DNA of 64,000 bases, from assembly GCA_028534125.1 (NCBI GenBank), contig CM052818.1:35962001-36026000 (forward strand). Direction: 5' to 3'. This document shows, piece by piece, positions 1 through 13,592 of the stretch (positions are counted from its first letter, which is position 1; every line of letters begins with the position of its first letter). The position numbers and the translations under genes were made by a program. The notes under the pieces are model-generated. The model was given only the letters and a program-made list of their open reading frames with translations. It had not been told where the DNA came from and searched no databases. This DNA comes from Lama glama. Lineage: Eukaryota.

Positions 1-250
1 CTCATTTATGTACAAAAACAAGTACAAACAAAGATGTTTACCAAAACATAGCTTGGAACCGCAAAAAACTATGACCATTTTCTAAACATCCATCACGAGA
101 GATGGTTAAATAAATTACAGAATATACATCTAATGTAATGCTATACAGCATTTTATGCAAAGATAAAATGGCTCCTTCATATCCTAACATAGAAAGATTC
201 CCATGATACTAAGTTTTTAAAAGTCTATAATAACTCAAAAAGTATGATCC
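1..250 (+). mobile_element. Old L1 (L1ME-like) 3' fragment
   Basis: Degenerate L1 3' motifs such as catccatca...gatggttaaataaatta and atgctatacagca. Confidence 0.55.
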
Positions 251-304
251 TGTGGGTATCAATGGGAGAGAAAGAGAAGGATAGCTGCTAACAAGAGTCT
301 GAAT

Positions 305-810
305 TGGTCAGGACTCTTTCAGTTCCAAGAGGCAGAAATCCAACTGAAACTAGCACAAGCAAGTTAGGCAACTGAGTGGCTCATTTAACTGGGAAACAGG
401 AGTGGATCTACTTTAAAGTTCCAGTGGATCCAGAGGCTCCAATGACTCCCCATGCTCACACATGCGAGCGTGTGAGAATGTGTGTGATTGTACATTCGTG
501 AGTGTGTCTGTGTGTGACAGAGAGTCTGTCTGTCAGCTCTGCTTCACTCTGTATGTTGGCCTCATTCTTTCCTATGATACATCGGCTTCCTTCACTTGGC
601 CAGGCACCCTCTATCGCAGCTTAGCAAATCCGAAGGAATGAGTCTGTCCCTCATCCAACATCTGTTTTTCAATCTCGAGGAAGGGATCTGAACCTGCTCT
701 GGTCATATGGCCATCCTGAAGCAATCACTGTGTCCAAAGAAATGGAGCATTATGACAGACCAAGCCTAGGTGACACGCCTATAGGCCAAGAGGTGATACT
801 GCTACCTGAA
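305..810 (-). mobile_element. ERVL-MaLR LTR (MLT1K/L-like)
   Basis: Begins ggtcaggactctttcagttccaagaggcagaaatccaactgaaactagc, resembling the reverse-complemented MLT1 3' end. Confidence 0.6.
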
Positions 811-2739
811 AACGGGGGAAGGAGGGAATACTAAACAGCCTAAATTAACAGCTACCATAAAATTCATTACGGAGACTTTCACCTTTTAACTCTATGTATT
901 TACTCCCATTCTTTTGAATTTCTTATTTGAAATGCAATCAGTATTTGGAATGAAATTAGAAAGAAAGCCCAAGGTCTAAAAATTTCAGGGTTGACGACTT
1001 TAGAATTAAACTGGGAGAAAAATAAGCCTCATGAATAAATAAGGATCTGGGCTTCTTAGTCCTGCGTACTTGGCCAATATTTTAACCACTACTCAACAGT
1101 CCTTATCAAACCAAGCATTAAAATACAAAGTAAAAATTGAGAAAACAGATTTTAATTACTTAGCAATACTTTGTTGATTGAGGGAAAGAAGAGAGAGGGA
1201 AAAAACCTTCAGGGTCTATAAGAAGATATTTTATGTAATCTCCAGACAGTAAATGGCCTCCAATAGTATCTGAAAGCTCTTTAAACCCTCCCTCACTTTC
1301 CTCAGTATATAATCTTAACAGTATATGTAGAAAAATTCCAGATCAGTTTTACTGAAGCCAAATAATCCCTTACACCTGTTTCAAATGCCTAGTCTAAAGA
1401 TGGTAGAAAATCATCTAAACTAAAATAGGTCATAACTACCCCTAAAGTAGAGACATTAGTAAAATTTCTCCTTTAATAGTCTTGAGGGCTATCATTCAAT
1501 ACTACAAGTTCTTTTCACAAGTAAATTTAATGATAAAATTCCCACTTAGACTGACACACAAACACAATTTTTCTTTACTTCAGTGATTCCAAGCAGAGCC
1601 TACCAATTCTGGTATTAATCTCTCTGAAGAAAGCTAATTCTGCCATAGGGAGGCAAAAACATTTACTGCTGACCAAATATTCATTTCTTGCCCACATTTC
1701 TTTCTTCAGAGAGATTAATACCAGGATTTTAAGGTAAGCCCTGTGACTACTTTTGGCCAATGTGCTATATGAGGAAGTGATATGAATCACTTTAGGACCA
1801 AAGGCACAGTAACCAAAGAGGCTCTGTGTTCAGATAATGCACCAAACATATATACAGTCCCATTTTAAACACAGAACCCTTTTTTCATATTCAATGAGAC
1901 AATGCTAGAAGCATGTCGAACTGAAATTCCACTTCCCCCAGGAAGCCTACCCAGACCATGCTCCTGACATCATCAGTAACACACTTATGTATGTATACTG
2001 TGGGTGAAGAACTATGAAAACGCTGTAGAACTGGCACATAACTCGTAAAATAAATGGCCTCTACATTCTACAATCTACAATGTGGTTGGTGGGAAAGGAC
2101 ACCTATCAAAACAAAAACAAGTATATATGATAGTACATAAATTTCAAGTGACTGCTAAAAATAGTAACTGCTAGAGTAGCTTCCACATATCTCAGTTAGC
2201 AACTAAGTAAGCTAGTTAGTTGTATATTCCCATCATCAATTCATGCACGACTGAAAGCAAATGAGACTCCCTATAGGGATAATCTCCTTGAAGGGCAGAA
2301 ATCCTAAAATATAATAACATCATGGTGCCCCCTATTAACCATTCAAACAAGTACTCAATAAAACCTTATTTTTTATTAAGAAGAAAGAATTGAAAATTAA
2401 AACAGAATTGTAGTCCTCCTCAAAACATTAGGAATTTGTGTCTCCAGCATGCCTAAGTAAAGAGACAAAGGGACACGAAGATTTCTGCTATCCATGGCAA
2501 ATGGAGCACTACACTAGACAACAATGATTCACCAGGCTACCCCAGACTTCTGAACATAGCCCTTAACAGTCAACTTCTTATGATGCAGGACTACATGCTC
2601 CCAAGCAATACTTGATTTCCAATTCAAATTCCCAAATACCCTGAAAACAGCAGAGAGAATCCCTAGATATTATGCATGAGTATTCCAGGCACACATACAA
2701 AAAAAGGACCTATTTCTCTAAGTACATGAATAAGAATTT

Positions 2740-3830
2740 AATAAGTACTATTATGATTTAATCAACATGACATGAAATACTTTAATATCTACATGCATAA
2801 GACATGGCAGAGGACAGAATACAAAACATGATCCTCTGCTGTTCTCATATCCTAATTTGGGAGATAGGACACATGAAAACAAAAAATTTCACACAGTCCA
2901 AGGCAATATAAAGTGTCAAACGAATAATAAGAAAAATAAATATTAAGAGTTCATAGAAGGAACTATGTTCAAATTTTATAGTCTGAACACTTAACAAACA
3001 AGATGGAATCTGAGTTGAGCTTTAAAGGATAGGTAGAATTTCTAGAGATATAGACTAGGATAAGGGAGCACAGTCCAAGGAAAGAAATATATAAAGGGGA
3101 GACAGAGAAGCCTAAGGGATGGTTAGGGGACAGTAACCGACAATTTTACTTTGAATAGTTTGCTGGGGGAAACTAGCGGAAAATGAGACCAGAAAAGCAA
3201 GTTGGTGCCAGACACTGGAAAGCTTTAAATGCCAGGCTAGGGAACTTTATCTTGACAGTAATGAGGAGCCACTGAAGGTTTTTAAGCAAAGTAAGACAAT
3301 GAACATAAAAATTAGGATGATCATTCCCAAACAAAATTTAGGACAGACTGAAGCAGGAACTCACTGGGGACAGAGAGACCATTGGATACTATCGCAAACA
3401 TTAGGCTTACATTAGAATAATGACAGTGAGGAGAAAAGGAACATATATAAAGAGCTGGTAGAACTTGGAAAGTGTTTGTAACACATGTCAAATCAGACCT
3501 CAAGGACTCTAGAAAGATGAGATTCAGTTTATAGAAAGAGGTTAACACCACAGCAACTGTGAATTCCAGCCTACCCAGCAGGGTCTCCCTATAGCTGAAT
3601 TGATACTGGGCTCTTCTATATGTATATGCATTTCCATCTCGACATTCATATGAAAGGTCCACTTTTTTAATTGGGATTTGAGGGGACAGAGGTGGGAAAT
3701 GATACATGAAAGCAGCCAAGTGATGAAGGCCAGGTAGTTGTGCAACAGACAGGAGCTCAAACATCTGTAAAGGCCAAAGGCACTGCAATCACATCTATTG
3801 CAAAATGGAAAAACAGACTGCAAATCCAGT
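2740..3830 (-). mobile_element. L2 LINE fragment
   Basis: Typical reversed L2 3' region (gaatctgagttgagctttaaaggataggtag; aggagccactgaaggtttttaagca). Confidence 0.7.
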
Positions 3831-3931
3831 CATACTGCAGGCCTGAGTAATGACATCAGATATATCCATTCAATTTGGCAAGAGGGTAAGACTGGATGAA
3901 TGGAGTTATTGAGGTCCTGCTCCTTAACAAA

Positions 3932-4128
3932 AGAGGTTCTCAACCTTTGGGGAGGTCATGGACCCTTTTGGGAATTTGTTAAAGCTATAGACTCTCTCCC
4001 CAGAGAAATACACAGAATCATAGAATTTTGCATATACATAATTTCAGAGTGTTCACAGACACTCCCCCAAGCCTATCTAGAGACTCTTATTCCATAAACT
4101 CCAAGAGTTCTTAATTAAAAACCCTTGT
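3932..4128. mobile_element. Short non-autonomous hAT-Charlie element (Charlie4z-like)
   Basis: agaggttctcaacct...gacccttttgggaatttgttaaagctatagactctctccccag...attttgcata...aatttcag resembles the recalled consensus. Confidence 0.55.
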
Positions 4129-5200
4129 TATAAAACGGTGGTTAATTATTTTTATCATATACCCCATAGTTAAAAAGTTTTGAATAGGAAGCCATATATG
4201 TGTATTTATTTACAATTTATACACACTGCACACTAGACCAATAAAGCATGTGCCTTATAAAGCATACAAAAAATGGAAGTTTAAAAGAATGACATTTACT
4301 ATAATAAAATAAGCAATTTTTAAACATTTAATTTACCTATTGATGACACAGCTTTGTGTTCTTCCTAATAGTTATTAATACTACCACTATTTTTGGTGAG
4401 AGTAATGTGACTGAACATTATTGATTTTTAATTTTGCTCTCACATTTTGTAATAAAGCAACTCAAAAGTCTGATTCTAAACTCAATTCATTTTTACAAGT
4501 AACTGTTTTACTTGGTTTTAATGGTTATCATAGTCAAAAACATACTTCACAAAGATGAGTAAAACCAAAGGGAAGAACTGCATCACTAGCTACACTAAAT
4601 AAAACACAATATTCAATTTTCAATCCCATTCACCATTTATGCAAAGGTTTTCAGTGAAATTGACAGTGCATTTCCATATTTCCCAATGACAATCAGTTGT
4701 TCTTACTAACTAATCATATAGTATTGCCTTTTTTATATTTTCAGTAGATGGACTAAAACCACTGAAGTACGTCTTTTACAAGGTTTTCATACAGGTTAAA
4801 AATATTGTTTCCAAGTTCAAGTGTTAATATAAAAACATTCTTAAAGTTAACACACATCGTTTTTAGCAATTAAATCCAATAATGATAGCAATAGTTCCAA
4901 ATATTCATTTTCAATAACACTGAGTTTTGTTTCCTGAAAGAACAAATTAAGTGGGTTTATTTTTCATAAATAGCTGCTAGGTAGTACACTACTCACAGAT
5001 ACTTGTCAGAGAAAATGCCAGCAAATCTGGGACATCTGTGTTTTGCAAAAGAAAAATTAATAAGTTGTCTTTAAATTAGACAATTCTTAAGTCCTTTGCC
5101 TTAAGATAACCAGTCAACCTACATGAAATATTTTACAAAAGATCTGCATGGTGATTCCCTACTGCAATATAAGGTGTATTAAGAGTCTACTACTTAAGGT

Positions 5201-5277
5201 CGGGGAGGGTGTAGCTCAGTGATAGAGTGTGTGCTTAGCACCAGGTCCTGGGTTCAATCTCCAGTACCTCCATTAAA

Positions 5278-5315
<38 letters not shown>

Positions 5316-5363
5316 GATAGACAGACCAACCAACTGACCAAATTCCTTCCCCTCCAAAAAATT
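5201..5363 (+). mobile_element. tRNA-derived SINE (camelid Vic-1-like) with (GATA)8 in its tail
   Basis: A-box tagctcagtga and B-box ggttcaatctc; TSD ttaagagtctactaYttaa at 5179-5197 and 5364-5382. Confidence 0.85.
5281..5315 (+). repeat. (GATA)8 microsatellite
   Basis: Read directly. Confidence 0.95.
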
Positions 5364-8300
5364 TTAAGAGTCTACTATTTAAAATAACAAGCCTAAAAAT
5401 CCAATTATTCAGACCCCTATAAACTATAAAATATCATAGCAGATTGAAAGTAAATAAACTTCCTTACAAGATCTCTAATATTTCTCCCATTTTCCAGATA
5501 ATTTTATGTAAACTCTACTGTAGAGACTACTGCTCTAAATGTGCCTGGGTTCCCAAGAGTCAAAGCTCTCCGATTAGTGCATACCAACCAAATTCCCTTG
5601 CATGCTACCAAAGTTTAAATGAGTTATCTTTAAATGTACTCTAATTACACTGTATCCATCTCTGAAGTATTACCAGTTTGGCAAAAGACACAACTGCAGC
5701 ACATTCTGTGACACCAGTTGTCTTCAACACTGTTCCCTCAGTGTCATGCTGGCCAGCAGTTCAGTCAAATAATAGGGCTGGAACAAGGTCCAAGACTCTT
5801 CATGACATATCCTCCCTTAAATCCTTTTTGGAACATTACAGGACATAAATAAATCAGTAAATAAATCATGAACTATACTGAGAGCCAGGGGCTTTCAACT
5901 TGCATGACCAATCTAACTTACAGTGACATGTATTTATGTAAGGAGATGACATTTTTACACTTGAAAAACAAGTCCGCTGCATCATCTTAAGAGCACCAAA
6001 TGATAACACACTGTTTAAAGAAACTGCTACAGCTTAAAAAAAAAAAAAAGTATAAGCCAGTAAAAAAAGATTTTGTACTAACTCCTATCAAAAAAAAAAA
6101 AAGTCTGTTCTCAAATATACATAAAAATGAGTAAGTTCCCAGTGTGGTAAGCCTTACATATGGAATCATTTCAAAAACTATGAAAATATAAAATTTGGGG
6201 TGTAAAACCTGCCAAAAAAAGATCCACATAAATTTGGAAAACTGGCACTTCTCACTTTCATCTAGTTCCACATACTTCACTGTTCCCTGCCACCTTGCTC
6301 CATTAAAATCCTTCAATATCTTACAACTGCACCTAGAACATCTGGTTCCCTCCCCCTCCTTGGCTGGTGCCACACTCCTCATTGCACTTTCCCCTCTTCA
6401 TTACTCCCAAAATAACCCCAAACTTTTCTGTCCTTTCATCTTTGCTATTTAATCTTCCTGAATATACTGCTCCCCTCCCCGTTACTCATACAAAAATCAT
6501 CCCCTGCCTTCAACGTTCCTGTCCACCACCAAGCCCTCCACAAAACCCATCCTGATCCCTCTCAAGTGAAAATATTTGCTCCCTTTCCTGAATCCTCAAA
6601 GTACTATTTCAGTACCTCTCATAGTACTCATCACATTTAATTAGTAATATAGGTATTTGTGTGCTCATCTTATCACCCCTCTGAGGTCATAATCTCTTTA
6701 AGAACAGGATCTATATCTTACCATTTAACTTCCCTATCTTTTAACAACACAGCACCTTGAACAAAGTAGGTACTCATGTAACTATGTGTTGAATGAATGA
6801 GTGGCTACTTAGAAATTCGATTACAGACTTCCTGTACCATGTGGAATGGAGAGGCTAGTAAGACTTAAGACTCTGCAGAACAAATGTCTTTTCCCTGGTT
6901 TCCTCCAAACAAATTCAGCAAAGGAAAGCCAGTATTACATATACAGGTGCTTTCAAAAGGCAAAGACATTTCATCCTTCAACTGTCTGGTCAAATACGGT
7001 GTGATATCTGTATATATACACACACATACTCACAACAGAATATCTTCTACTGTTAAACAATCAAATCCATGCTTGATAATAGAAGTATGTAAATATTTCA
7101 ACCACATAGGCAAACTAAATGTAAGATGTAACATATTATTGCTATCAGAGTAAGATCAACCATTTAAAATATAAGTGGAAACACAGAGAATGACCAAGCA
7201 ATTTATTCCACATGAAAAAAATACCCTAAGCTTTAGCTACTTAAATACAAACAAAACTTGAGAGGCAGAATTTTATTGTTAAGAATCCAAACCAATCATT
7301 CAAAGATAAATTTAACCCAGACAGAAGTACCAAAGAATCAACATTACTAAAGTACAAAGGTGAGATTAGAAACAGCATGAAAATCTTAAAGTGATACTTT
7401 CATTAAGTAACTAGTATATATGGCTCCTGGACCATCAGAAAGCAATGAAGACTGCAAGAGTCTCTCCTGCACATGTAGACAACTGAGAGGAGTCCAGAAA
7501 GTAATTCAGGGCTACAACGTGGCCAAGTGTGGCCAACATGCTTGGAAAGAAGCCAATTTAGAGGTATGCTTGTGATTTCAGGTCAGAAGACCTGTACTTA
7601 AATGTCATCCCTAATACCTCCAAGCTGTGCAATCTTACACCAGCCATTTAACTTCCCTGAGCCTTCTTTCCTCCTTCATAAAATGTAGCATGTAGAGAAG
7701 GCACAGTACCTGGGTACAGTGTGTCTCGGAGACAGTACTGGGTAAATATTTACTGACCCTGAATGAGGGCCATACAAGAACAACAGACATTTCTCTTCAC
7801 GCACTTTTGTACTTTTTGAGACAGCAGCCAGCCTTAATTAATTCCTGATTAATTATAATATTACAATATTCGAAGTCATTTTTTGACCAAAAAACAAAAA
7901 TACACCATTCCTCCTAACTTATACATTACTCAAAATCTTAGTAAAATTCTTAAAATTTTAAATCACTTTGTAATAACTTTCAAATATAAAAAGTGACTCT
8001 CATAAAGAAGACTGGGAGCCAAATACCTGAGTTCTTACCCAAATAAAGACACCATGTAACCCATGGAAATTACTAAAATTTGCCTGGCCTTAGTCTTCTT
8101 ATCTGTAATATTAACGAGGTTGTCCAAAATTACTATTAAGACCCCCTTGCTCAAAATGTTGTGGTTCATGCCATCTCAAGGACTTTCTAACCTAATTAGG
8201 AAAACCAATTCAACATACAATAATAAGAGAATTTCTTTCAAAAAAAAAAAAAAACAAAAGGAAGACAAAAATTTATTATACAGAACAAACAGTAATTGAT

Positions 8301-11300
8301 GTGAAGAGAGTATGATAAAAATCAAGCTTTCTAGAGAACACACTGGCTTTGACTGTTTTTGAAGGTCAAACAATAAAGCAAAAGGAAATACAATTTAAAT
8401 AAAGAAAACATGTAAAATCAAAGAAGCAAGATATCTACAGGTGATTATAATGCTTTCTTCACTTGTAGCACTTTACAATTTAAAAGCATTCCTACATATG
8501 CCATCTGCAGCAAACTTTCTGGAATGAGAAATACAAGAACAGTTTAAGTGATTTACATGTGATAAATTTGTCCTCAGAGAGTCTCCACTAAAAACAATAC
8601 CATCAAAAAATATTTCAGAAAAGAATTTTTCAGTATTTATACGTAGGGTGAATTAGAGAGGCAAATGCATGCAGGCAATAAACCTACAAATCATAGAATT
8701 TCAGCACAAAAAGAAATTGAAATCAGACCAATATGTTCATTTAAAGATAAAGAAACTCAAGCCCACAAAGTTGATGTGACGCTAGTTACTCCAAGTATAA
8801 AATGACAGGAGGACCAGATTGTAGAGGCAGAAATAAAGGGGGAAATCCAAGAAACTGCAAGGAAAAGAATCAGATAATTTGGTGACAGATTAGATAGTGA
8901 TGTGTTTAGGTTATGGAAATGTAGAAAACGTGATTAAAGTTTTACTACGTGCCAATCACTATGCTAGACATATCTTTTCATTTAATATAATAAGTTAATT
9001 TAAAGCTCACAACAATATGAGGGTAAGTACATTACTCCAATTTTAAGCATGAAAACCTGCAGTGTGGTTAAAAAACTAGCCCAAGGTTACATCTATCAAG
9101 TAGAAGAGCCAGGACACCATCCCCTGCCTGAAGTCAAACATCCAGCCCCACAAGAAGCTTAAAAACTGCCTCAAATTACAAGCCAAAAGGCAAAACTGAA
9201 GTATCACTCTGGAAACACTGGATAATCTGCTGCTGGTGTTCTTAGAATTCTGGTTCTGTTAATAGGTATACATTGCCTCTGTGCTTGCATCTATTTTGCA
9301 TCCATTGTTATGGGTCTGGTCTGTCTGTTTCCAACAGTCAGGTCCAGGACTTCTAAGTAAAGCCCAATCTCTCTCCTACCCCACCTCCCTGCCACCAAGA
9401 GGAGAGTTAAATCAAAATATATCTAAAATGAGGGTGACTAGACTGATTAATTTGAAGTCTTCTACAACTCCTCCAGTGACTATAGCCTTTGTTTTGGCAT
9501 AAACTATTTATCTTTGGAGTATGATAACTATACTGAGCTTTTCTAAAAGCCTGTCATTTCAAAGAGCCTCAAAAATACTGTGTTGCAGATGGCAGAATGG
9601 AGGAAGCATGGATACAACAACCCACTCCTCTTGCACTTCTAGAACTGGACTTAAATGTTGGTGTTAGTGTTTTGTAATAATTCTCCTTATTCAACCATGT
9701 ATCTTGCAGAAATATAATCATTTCTGTGTTAATCCAAATACTGACCCACAAAACATCATCCAGAGTTAAACTACAGGAAAAAACCTGCACCTCCTCCTTA
9801 AACTAAGCAACCAGGAATGGTATGCTGCTGCCATTAGGCCATTTTATGACCTCTGACCCCATATGTTGAGAGAGAGGCACAAAGTCTAACTAAAATAAGA
9901 AGGGAGAAGGGAAGGCTTGAAATGACTAGATCTCACCTCCAATAGTAAGAAAAGAGGTCAGAGACCACAAGATCCATCCTCAGTGACCAAGGGCTAAGCT
10001 AGTTAACCTGGGAGAGAAGCAATAAAGAAGTCCTTTCCTACAGCCTAGTCTGTCCAAATCATAGGAAAGTTGTACAAGGTTGGGAGAAATCCGTATGGGT
10101 CTGCAGCCCAGACTGGATACAGTGTTCTGTCAGTCAACTCATGAAACACATGTGTTTCACCCAATCCCACACTCTCCTCTGCACCCAATATTTGCAGATA
10201 ATGTAAAAAAGGAGCCCATCACATGTTTTTGGACTTCTGCCACGAAAACAGTCCATGGCCCTCTGAGAACTCTGGTGATTATCACACGTAGAGAATAAAA
10301 ATCGCTGCCAAGACAATAATGAACAACCTGGGGAATCTCCTCAGCCCCATGGCTTAGGGGATTCTACTTAGTGGTGTGTGTGCATGTTGACCTCCCATAC
10401 TTGCCCTAAAATGAAACCTATTTTAGGCCATATGGTTTAAGACCAACCAACTTCAAAAAATATGTAACATATTCAAACAATGTGGAGCCCCTGGGGGATA
10501 GGGAAATAAAGACAAACTAAAGTAAGGAGCAGAGGTAGTATCTCCCTAAAAGAAGGTATGTAAAATTGATGACAACAAAGAGAGGGCTAAAATGTCCTTT
10601 AAAAACCAATGATAAATCTTATTCTGACATACATCCAATAGAGAAAAGATTTTTCAAGGAACGTCCAATATCTTTTCTTCCCCACTCCACCTTTTAGCAC
10701 CTCTACACCTCCCTCATTACTTACTCAACATTTAGTCCTGGTGAAGACCGATCACTGGATTAGAAGGATCAAGAGTACATGAAGAGAACATTCCATCCTG
10801 GGAACATCTTTAAATTATTTAAGCTTGTTTACCACCCTTCCCATAGAGTAAAAGCATGAAATTTTGCCAACATTTTCACAACATATACCAGTCAGCACCA
10901 TAGCAACCCAATCCTCTGCCCACCAAAAGATTAACACATACACAGAAAACAGGAAATTCGACAAAATTTAAAGTTTGACCCTAGACTCCCTCAACAGTTA
11001 AACTGTCTTAAGTAGTCGCAGTATCTTTATACCACACCCACTTCATGCTACCCTTACAGTTTCCTGGCATAAGCAAGTTCTTAGGATTATACAAACTGCT
11101 GCTTCTGTTTCCAGCCCAGATTTCTAGAAATGAAACCCTGGAATTGAAGGAGAAAGAAAAACAAATGTTGGCAGAAAACAGGGAGTAAAATGCATTGTCT
11201 ATATAATCCCAGTTTAAGTAGAACAATCACCATTAGTTCCATCAAGTACTTTTTTTCAATAAAACCACTTGCCCAAAAATGCAGATCTAAAATACTCTTT

Positions 11301-13528
11301 TGGCATAAACGACACAAAAAACAACTTAATAGACACAATCCTACAGATTTTCTCAGAAAGAAATGAGGAAGAGGTTAACTATAAACTATAAAATTCAAGT
11401 TTTGCACCTTAAAAATCAAACTGCATTGTGAATTAAATAAATGAAATAATCAATGCAAAATGTCTATAAAAATCAAAACTAAATGCCTGTTCTTATAAGC
11501 AGCACCCCTGCATTTTCTCTCCAAACCATTTATTCTCTCTCTATTCAGGCCCCCCTTTAGATCCATTGTTCCCAAAGCATAAAATGTGGATAAAAAGTAG
11601 AGGGAAATCATTTCAGATGCTAGTACACAAAACTAAATTAGACCCTTCCACGAAGTACAGGAGACAAAAAAGAAACACTTGCAGTTGTATCTAGTTTATG
11701 ACAAACAGTTCAAGGAATGCCCATTTATTAAGTTGAATCAAATCCCACTGTTACCTTTAACCCAAAACTATTTCTAGTTCAAGAGCCAAAAGACCCAAGC
11801 AAATACTTTTTTCACATTATTCTCAACATGAAGAAATCTGACCCCCTTCCTACATCACAGCTTCTGTGAAACAAGGCAGAGAGGCCCCTTTGGCCAACTT
11901 TTTTTTTTTTTTTAAGAGACTAACCTTCAACCAATTCCAGAACTGAAGACAAACCTCAAACAAATTTAACCCCTGAAATACATCCTTTCAGCAGTCCAAT
12001 ATAATCTAAGCTTCGCTGCAGCAGACACTTGAAGATTTCTTAATCACTGAAGTGTAAGCCTCAGCCCTCACAAATCATCACCACTGAGATTACTCTTGGC
12101 ATCAACAGAGGGTGCTGGGACTGCAATTCACTCAAGAACCCTTCATTCACCATCACCATACTCGACATTAGAAATTCACCGTCTCAGAAGAAAAAAAAAT
12201 GTCACCTTCTCCACAAGGACACCTGCCTCTTCAACGCCTCTACAGCGAACCAAGAGAGCCAAGCATGAAAGGTTAAAGGATCCTCCAGCTTAAAGTTTTC
12301 CTCCCCAACAAACTCTGCAGCCACAGCACCGTAGACTGTCCTTGTAACACACATAGGCTTTATTGTCAAACCCTCCGTCTCCCTCTAACATCGTCAAACG
12401 AGGCAGTGTCTAGTCCACGGGAGTGACTGCTTAAAAAAAGAGAAAGAAAGGAAGGAAGAAAGAAAGAACCACCACAGCTGGGCAGTAAGGACTAGGGACC
12501 CTGGTGTCCGATTTCTCTGTCGCTGACCATTAACCCATCCGACCCCTCAGTCGTCCAATCAACATGTTTGCTCCCCTTCCTACGTCCCTTCAGCAGAATT
12601 CTACGATGGGGACCAAACCCTGGACATAACAGGAAAATCTCACTTATCCATCCCATTTGTGCCTTTAAAATTCCCCGTCGGGAGAAGGAAAAAGCAAGTG
12701 CGCCGGGGTAAACAGAAGCGCCGTCGAAGGCTGCGCTTACGGAAAAACTCGCCATGGTCATCCCCATTTCGCAGTCCGGGCAGGCGAGACTTGGAGAGGT
12801 TACCCCGCTTGCCAAGGTCACCGCGCTCGCCGGGGCCGAGGGGCGCCGCGCCGACTTCCGGCTCCCCCTCTCGGCGGCGGGGAGCGCCCGCGGGCTCGGG
12901 GCGCCGCTCCCCACGCCGGGCCGGCGGCCGCGAGCCTCGCGCACCCTCCGCGGATGCTCGCCCTGTCCGCTCTAACTAGGGCAACTGGGAAAGGGGGCAG
13001 AGAAGTCGCTGCTGCAGCAGTTCCCCTCCGCGGCGCAGCCCCCCAGCTGGTGCCCGTGACAGCTGCGACCTCCGCCCCCTCCAGCCGCGCGAGGCCGAGG
13101 GAGAACTCGGGGAAAGTGGGAGGGGGGACGGAACGGAGAGAAAAGAGAGCGGGGGGCGGAGGGGCGCCAGCTGCTCCCCGCCCCCTAGGGCCTCGGCGGC
13201 CGCGCGGCTCGTGACAGCTGCACCCACCGGGAGGCTCGGCGCCCGCCGCTCGCCACTCACCTGCCGCCGCCGCCTCTGGGCCGCACTGACGGGCGCCGCG
13301 CTCGCCCGCGACCGTGGCGGCACCGCCGCGGCCTCCGCCGCTGCTCGGGCCGGGAGCCCGCCGCCGCCGCGGCTCTCCGGCCCCCTCCTCCGGAGCAGGG
13401 GTCCCCCAGCAGGGGGATGCAGAACGGACCCGGCGCAGGCTCCGCTCGAGGGAGCAGCAGGGAACAGGACAGCCGAGGCGCTCGAGGCCGCGGTCCAGCC
13501 GTCTGAGGGGAGGGTTCGGCAAATCGCG

Positions 13529-13564
13529 TCAGACTCCCGCTCGCCTGGCCTGAAGAACAGGCAT
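13529..13564 (-). other. uORF2 (MPVLQARRAGV*)
   Basis: ATG begins 1 nt after the uORF1 stop (TGA-A-ATG) and ends with TGA at 13531-13529. Confidence 0.55.
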
Positions 13565-13565
13565 T

Positions 13566-13589
13566 TCAGCCGCTCTCCGCGGCCGCCAT
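13566..13589 (-). other. uORF1 (MAAAESG*)
   Basis: Minus strand reads GAGAAC-ATG-GCG-GCC-GCG-GAG-AGC-GGC-TGA; strong Kozak context (-3 A, +4 G). Confidence 0.6.
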
Positions 13590-13592
13590 GTT
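13583..13592 (+). promoter_or_regulatory. YY1 motif
   Basis: CCGCCATGTT matches the YY1 consensus CCGCCATNTT; located just downstream of the putative TSS and overlapping the uORF1 ATG, a common arrangement. Confidence 0.65.

Larger units (their letters stand above)
4135..5440 (-). mobile_element. hAT-Charlie DNA transposon fossil with transposase remnants, interrupted by a SINE
   Basis: Minus-strand translation of ~4590-4505 gives VLPFGFTHLCEVCF..MITIKTK, matching the hAT C-terminal dimerisation motif (LPFxSTYLCExxFS..IKTK); WLS*GK near 5110 matches the WLSRGK motif. Multiple stops and frameshifts. Confidence 0.75.
1..13260 (-). other. Intron 1 of the minus-strand gene (continues beyond the window start)
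   Basis: Begins at the GT donor; + strand visibly A-rich, so the sense strand is T-rich as expected from transcription-associated skew; no convincing internal coding exon seen. Confidence 0.75.

Noticed and set aside
5201..5275. tRNA gene calls for the SINE heads (also at 22610-22686, 46123, 46645, 55139, 59474)
   Set aside because: They have A and B boxes but also SINE bodies, A-rich tails and in most cases TSDs, so they are tRNA-derived SINEs rather than tRNAs.
12735..12743. Alternative minus-strand donor TCC|GTAAGC
   Set aside because: Weak exonic positions and no supporting exon structure.
13406..13419. CTCF-like CCAGCAGGGGGATG
   Set aside because: Lacks the conserved C after the G-run; such matches are common in GC-rich DNA.
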